Under the pieces are notes generated by a model. The model saw only the letters and a program-made list of their open reading frames with translations. It ran no database searches and was not told the origin of the DNA. A stretch of DNA of 32,000 nucleotides from Vibrio cholerae ATCC 14035 (GTDB taxonomy: Bacteria > Pseudomonadota > Gammaproteobacteria > Enterobacterales > Vibrionaceae), in assembly GCF_000621645.1 (NCBI RefSeq), contig NZ_KK211323.1:192517-224516 (forward strand), written 5' to 3'. Of the stretch, positions 30,266 through 32,000 are shown one piece after another (position 1 is the stretch's first letter; every line of letters begins with the position of its first letter). Both the position numbers and the translations under genes were made by a program.

Positions 30266-30341
30266 TTTTTCCTTTATTGCTGCACTAAAAGGTGCGCGGT
30301 AGAATCGGCGCTCCTTTCATCCTTGAACCCAAGTAACCTTT

Positions 30342-31646
30342 ATGAAATTTCCTGGCCAACGCAAATCTAAGCATTATTTTCCGGTTCACGCGCGTGATCC
30401 TCTGGTCATTCAAGCGCAAGAAAATAAGAAGATGTCGCGCACCCACATTATCGGTATTGATCAAACCCTAGTGGATATTGAGGCCAAAGTCGATTCAGAT
30501 TTGATTGAACGTTATGGTTTAAGTAAAGGACACTCATTGGTCATTGATGATCATGCTGCAGAAGCGTTATACAACGAATTAAAAGAGCAGCGTTTGATTA
30601 CCAATGAATATGCAGGTGGAACCATAGGGAATACGCTGCATAATTACTCCGTGCTTGCGGATGATCGCTCCACGCTACTGGGTGTGATGAGCCAAGATAT
30701 TAAAATTGGCAGTTACGGTTATCGCTATCTGTGTAACACTTCTAGCCGCATGGATCTCAACTATCTGCAAGGTGTAGATGGCGCGATTGGCCGCTGCTTT
30801 GCCTTAATTACCGAAGATGGTGAACGTACTTTCGCGATCAGCGAAGGTCAAATGAACCAATTACGCCCAGACAGTATTCCTGAAAAAATATTTGCTAGTG
30901 CCTCTGCATTAGTGATCACGGCTTATTTAGTTCGTTGTAAAGAAGGCGATCCAATGCCGGAAGCAACAATGCGTGCCATTGAATATGCCAAAAAATATGA
31001 TGTGCCTGTGGTATTAACCCTAGGTACTAAATTTGTTATTCAAGATGATCCGAAATTCTGGCAAGAATTTTTACGTGATCATGTCACTGTGGTGGCAATG
31101 AATGAAGATGAAGCATTAGCTTTAACAGGAGAAAGCGATCCGCTCGCAGCCTCAGATAAAGCGTTAGATTGGGTTGATTTAGTACTGTGTACTGCAGGCC
31201 CAGTCGGTTTATTTATGGCGGGTTACACCGAAGATTCCGCTAAACGTGAAACGTCATTACCGTTATTACCGGGATCGGTCCCAGAATTTAACCGCTATGA
31301 ATTTAGCCGCCCTGCCCGTAAAGAGAGTTGTATAAATCCTATTCGTGTTTATTCACATATTTCACCGTATATAGGCGGTCCAGAGAAGATAAAAAATACC
31401 AATGGTGCTGGAGACGCAGCATTATCCGCTCTACTGCATGATATGGCGGCTAATAAATACCATAAAGAAAACGTCCCTAACTCAAGTAAGCATCAACATG
31501 AGTTTTTAACCTATTCTTCTTTCTCTCAAGTTTGCAAATACTCTAACCGTGCAAGTTATGAAGTATTGGCGCAGCACTCACCACGTCTTTCACGTGGTCT
31601 TCCTGAGCGAGAAGATAGCCTTGAAGAGGCTTATTGGGAAAGATAA
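30342..31646 (+). CDS. gsk: inosine-guanosine kinase
   Basis: 434 aa. MKFPGQRKSKHYFPVHARDPL...GIDQTLVDIEAKVD...NTNGAGDAALSALLHD...SPRLSRGLPEREDSLEEAYWER is colinear with E. coli Gsk end to end. Confidence 0.96.
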   Translation: MKFPGQRKSKHYFPVHARDPLVIQAQENKKMSRTHIIGIDQTLVDIEAKVDSDLIERYGLSKGHSLVIDDHAAEALYNELKEQRLITNEYAGGTIGNTLHNYSVLADDRSTLLGVMSQDIKIGSYGYRYLCNTSSRMDLNYLQGVDGAIGRCFALITEDGERTFAISEGQMNQLRPDSIPEKIFASASALVITAYLVRCKEGDPMPEATMRAIEYAKKYDVPVVLTLGTKFVIQDDPKFWQEFLRDHVTVVAMNEDEALALTGESDPLAASDKALDWVDLVLCTAGPVGLFMAGYTEDSAKRETSLPLLPGSVPEFNRYEFSRPARKESCINPIRVYSHISPYIGGPEKIKNTNGAGDAALSALLHDMAANKYHKENVPNSSKHQHEFLTYSSFSQVCKYSNRASYEVLAQHSPRLSRGLPEREDSLEEAYWER

Positions 31647-31818
31647 CAAAAAGGCTCCTTCGGGAGCTGATAAGAGACTAGAAAAATGAACAAAAAGAAA
31701 GATAGGGATTTGGCGGGAAATTTTGGGATCATTCGGGATCTAAAATAGAGAGAAGATCTAGGAACGGCGCGGGGGTTGAGGGGGGGAGCTTCAAACCCCG
31801 CTTTGTATTTTGGCTTTT
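31647..31818 (+). other. structured gsk-distal region: UUCG hairpin, four GGGA motifs at a 10-nt period, then a G/C hairpin with a U-run (candidate long 3' UTR or 3'-UTR-derived sRNA)
   Basis: The hairpin GGCTCC-ttcg-GGAGCT (31653-31668) has no U-run. GGA motifs occur at 31706, 31716, 31726 and 31736, plus 31663, 31761 and 31785. The stem GCGGGG (31769-31774) / CCCCGC (31796-31801) is followed by TTTGTATTTTGGCTTTT. Confidence 0.3.
31769..31818 (+). terminator. probable rho-independent terminator, about 125 nt after the gsk stop
   Basis: GCGGGG...CCCCGC forms a 6-bp all-G/C stem, extendable by two A-T pairs with one bulged G. The loop is G-rich (GAGGGGGGGAGCTTC). The T-rich tract TTTGTATTTTGGCTTTT follows. 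Confidence 0.55.
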
Positions 31819-31933
31819 GAGCAATTCTTTTGTGTTTTGAGCAATCCTCTTTAAAAGTTCACTTTAAGACTATTGAAATGAGCATTAGAGCGCACATCGC
31901 AAAAAGGCTTTAAAACCGCTTTAAACCTTTAAA

Positions 31934-32000
31934 TCAATCTCCGATGTCTTTGGCGATGTGAACTACCTGACCAACCACATCAAACTGGTGCTGTTCATGC
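31934..32000 (-). CDS. 3' end (22 codons) of an unidentified minus-strand gene running off the window
   Basis: The reverse complement reads ...HEQHQFDVVGQVVHIAKDIGD-TGA (stop at 31936-31934). An AT-rich hairpin follows (31906-31927, GG-TTTAAA / TTTAAA-(G)CC with one bulge), then TTTTT on the minus strand. The fragment is too short to assign a family. Confidence 0.3.
   Translation of the reverse strand, partial: HEQHQFDVVGQVVHIAKDIGD

Noticed and set aside
30252-30270. GCAAACGTTTGC followed by TTTTTTT, considered as a rho-independent terminator
   Set aside because: The palindrome has no loop, so the usable stem would be at most 4 bp. The sequence is better explained as a PurR-type operator followed by a T-tract.
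31686-31748. 20-codon ORF (MNKKKDRDLAGNFGIIRDLK) covering the GGGA repeat array
   Set aside because: The RBS is weak. The 10-nt repeat period is not a multiple of three, which argues that the repeats are not maintained for coding. I keep it only as an alternative explanation.

Overview
The window reads as core gamma-proteobacterial chromosome. Protein sequences and gene order fit Vibrio cholerae chromosome I, and from memory it corresponds to about VC1097-VC1129 of N16961; I could not verify this here. I support 31 protein-coding features: 28 intact CDS, two CDS truncated by the window edges, and one pseudogene. In order they are: pta (partial) and ackA on the minus strand; a yfbV-like gene; a VF530/DUF2132 gene; a 3-gene ABC importer of unknown substrate; a periplasmic-sensor GGDEF cyclase (probably cdgK); dusC, broken by an in-frame TAA; a yecA-like gene; lolA; rarA; serS; divergent bioA and bioBFCD with a BirA-type operator; a small orphan ORF; htpX; an 8-gene operon described below; purB-hflD-mnmA on the minus strand; gsk; and the last 22 codons of an unidentified minus-strand gene. 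I found no rRNA, tRNA, CRISPR array, IS element, integrase or prophage signature. The most interesting locus is 20.63-26.87 kb. It is a tightly coupled operon encoding an NTF2/SnoaL-like protein, an SDR, a FAD oxidoreductase, a DUF1365 protein, a Cfa-like methyltransferase, a DUF2878 membrane protein, a secreted chalcone-isomerase-fold protein and a DUF3833 lipoprotein. It is preceded by a TGATCC-N16-CGTAA motif typical of sigma-E/ChrR-type ECF promoters and by a TGTACA-core inverted repeat. I read it as a candidate photo-oxidative-stress lipid-remodelling system of the furan-fatty-acid type, with an uncharacterised envelope lipid-binding module. Other items worth a second look: a likely +1 frameshift in the ABC ATPase tail; an intrinsic terminator 22 nt upstream of the cyclase start codon; a 16-nt tandem triplication filling the cdgK/dusC junction; a PurR-type box upstream of gsk; and a gsk-distal region with GGGA motifs at an exact 10-nt period, a cluster of GATC sites and a G/C hairpin terminator.
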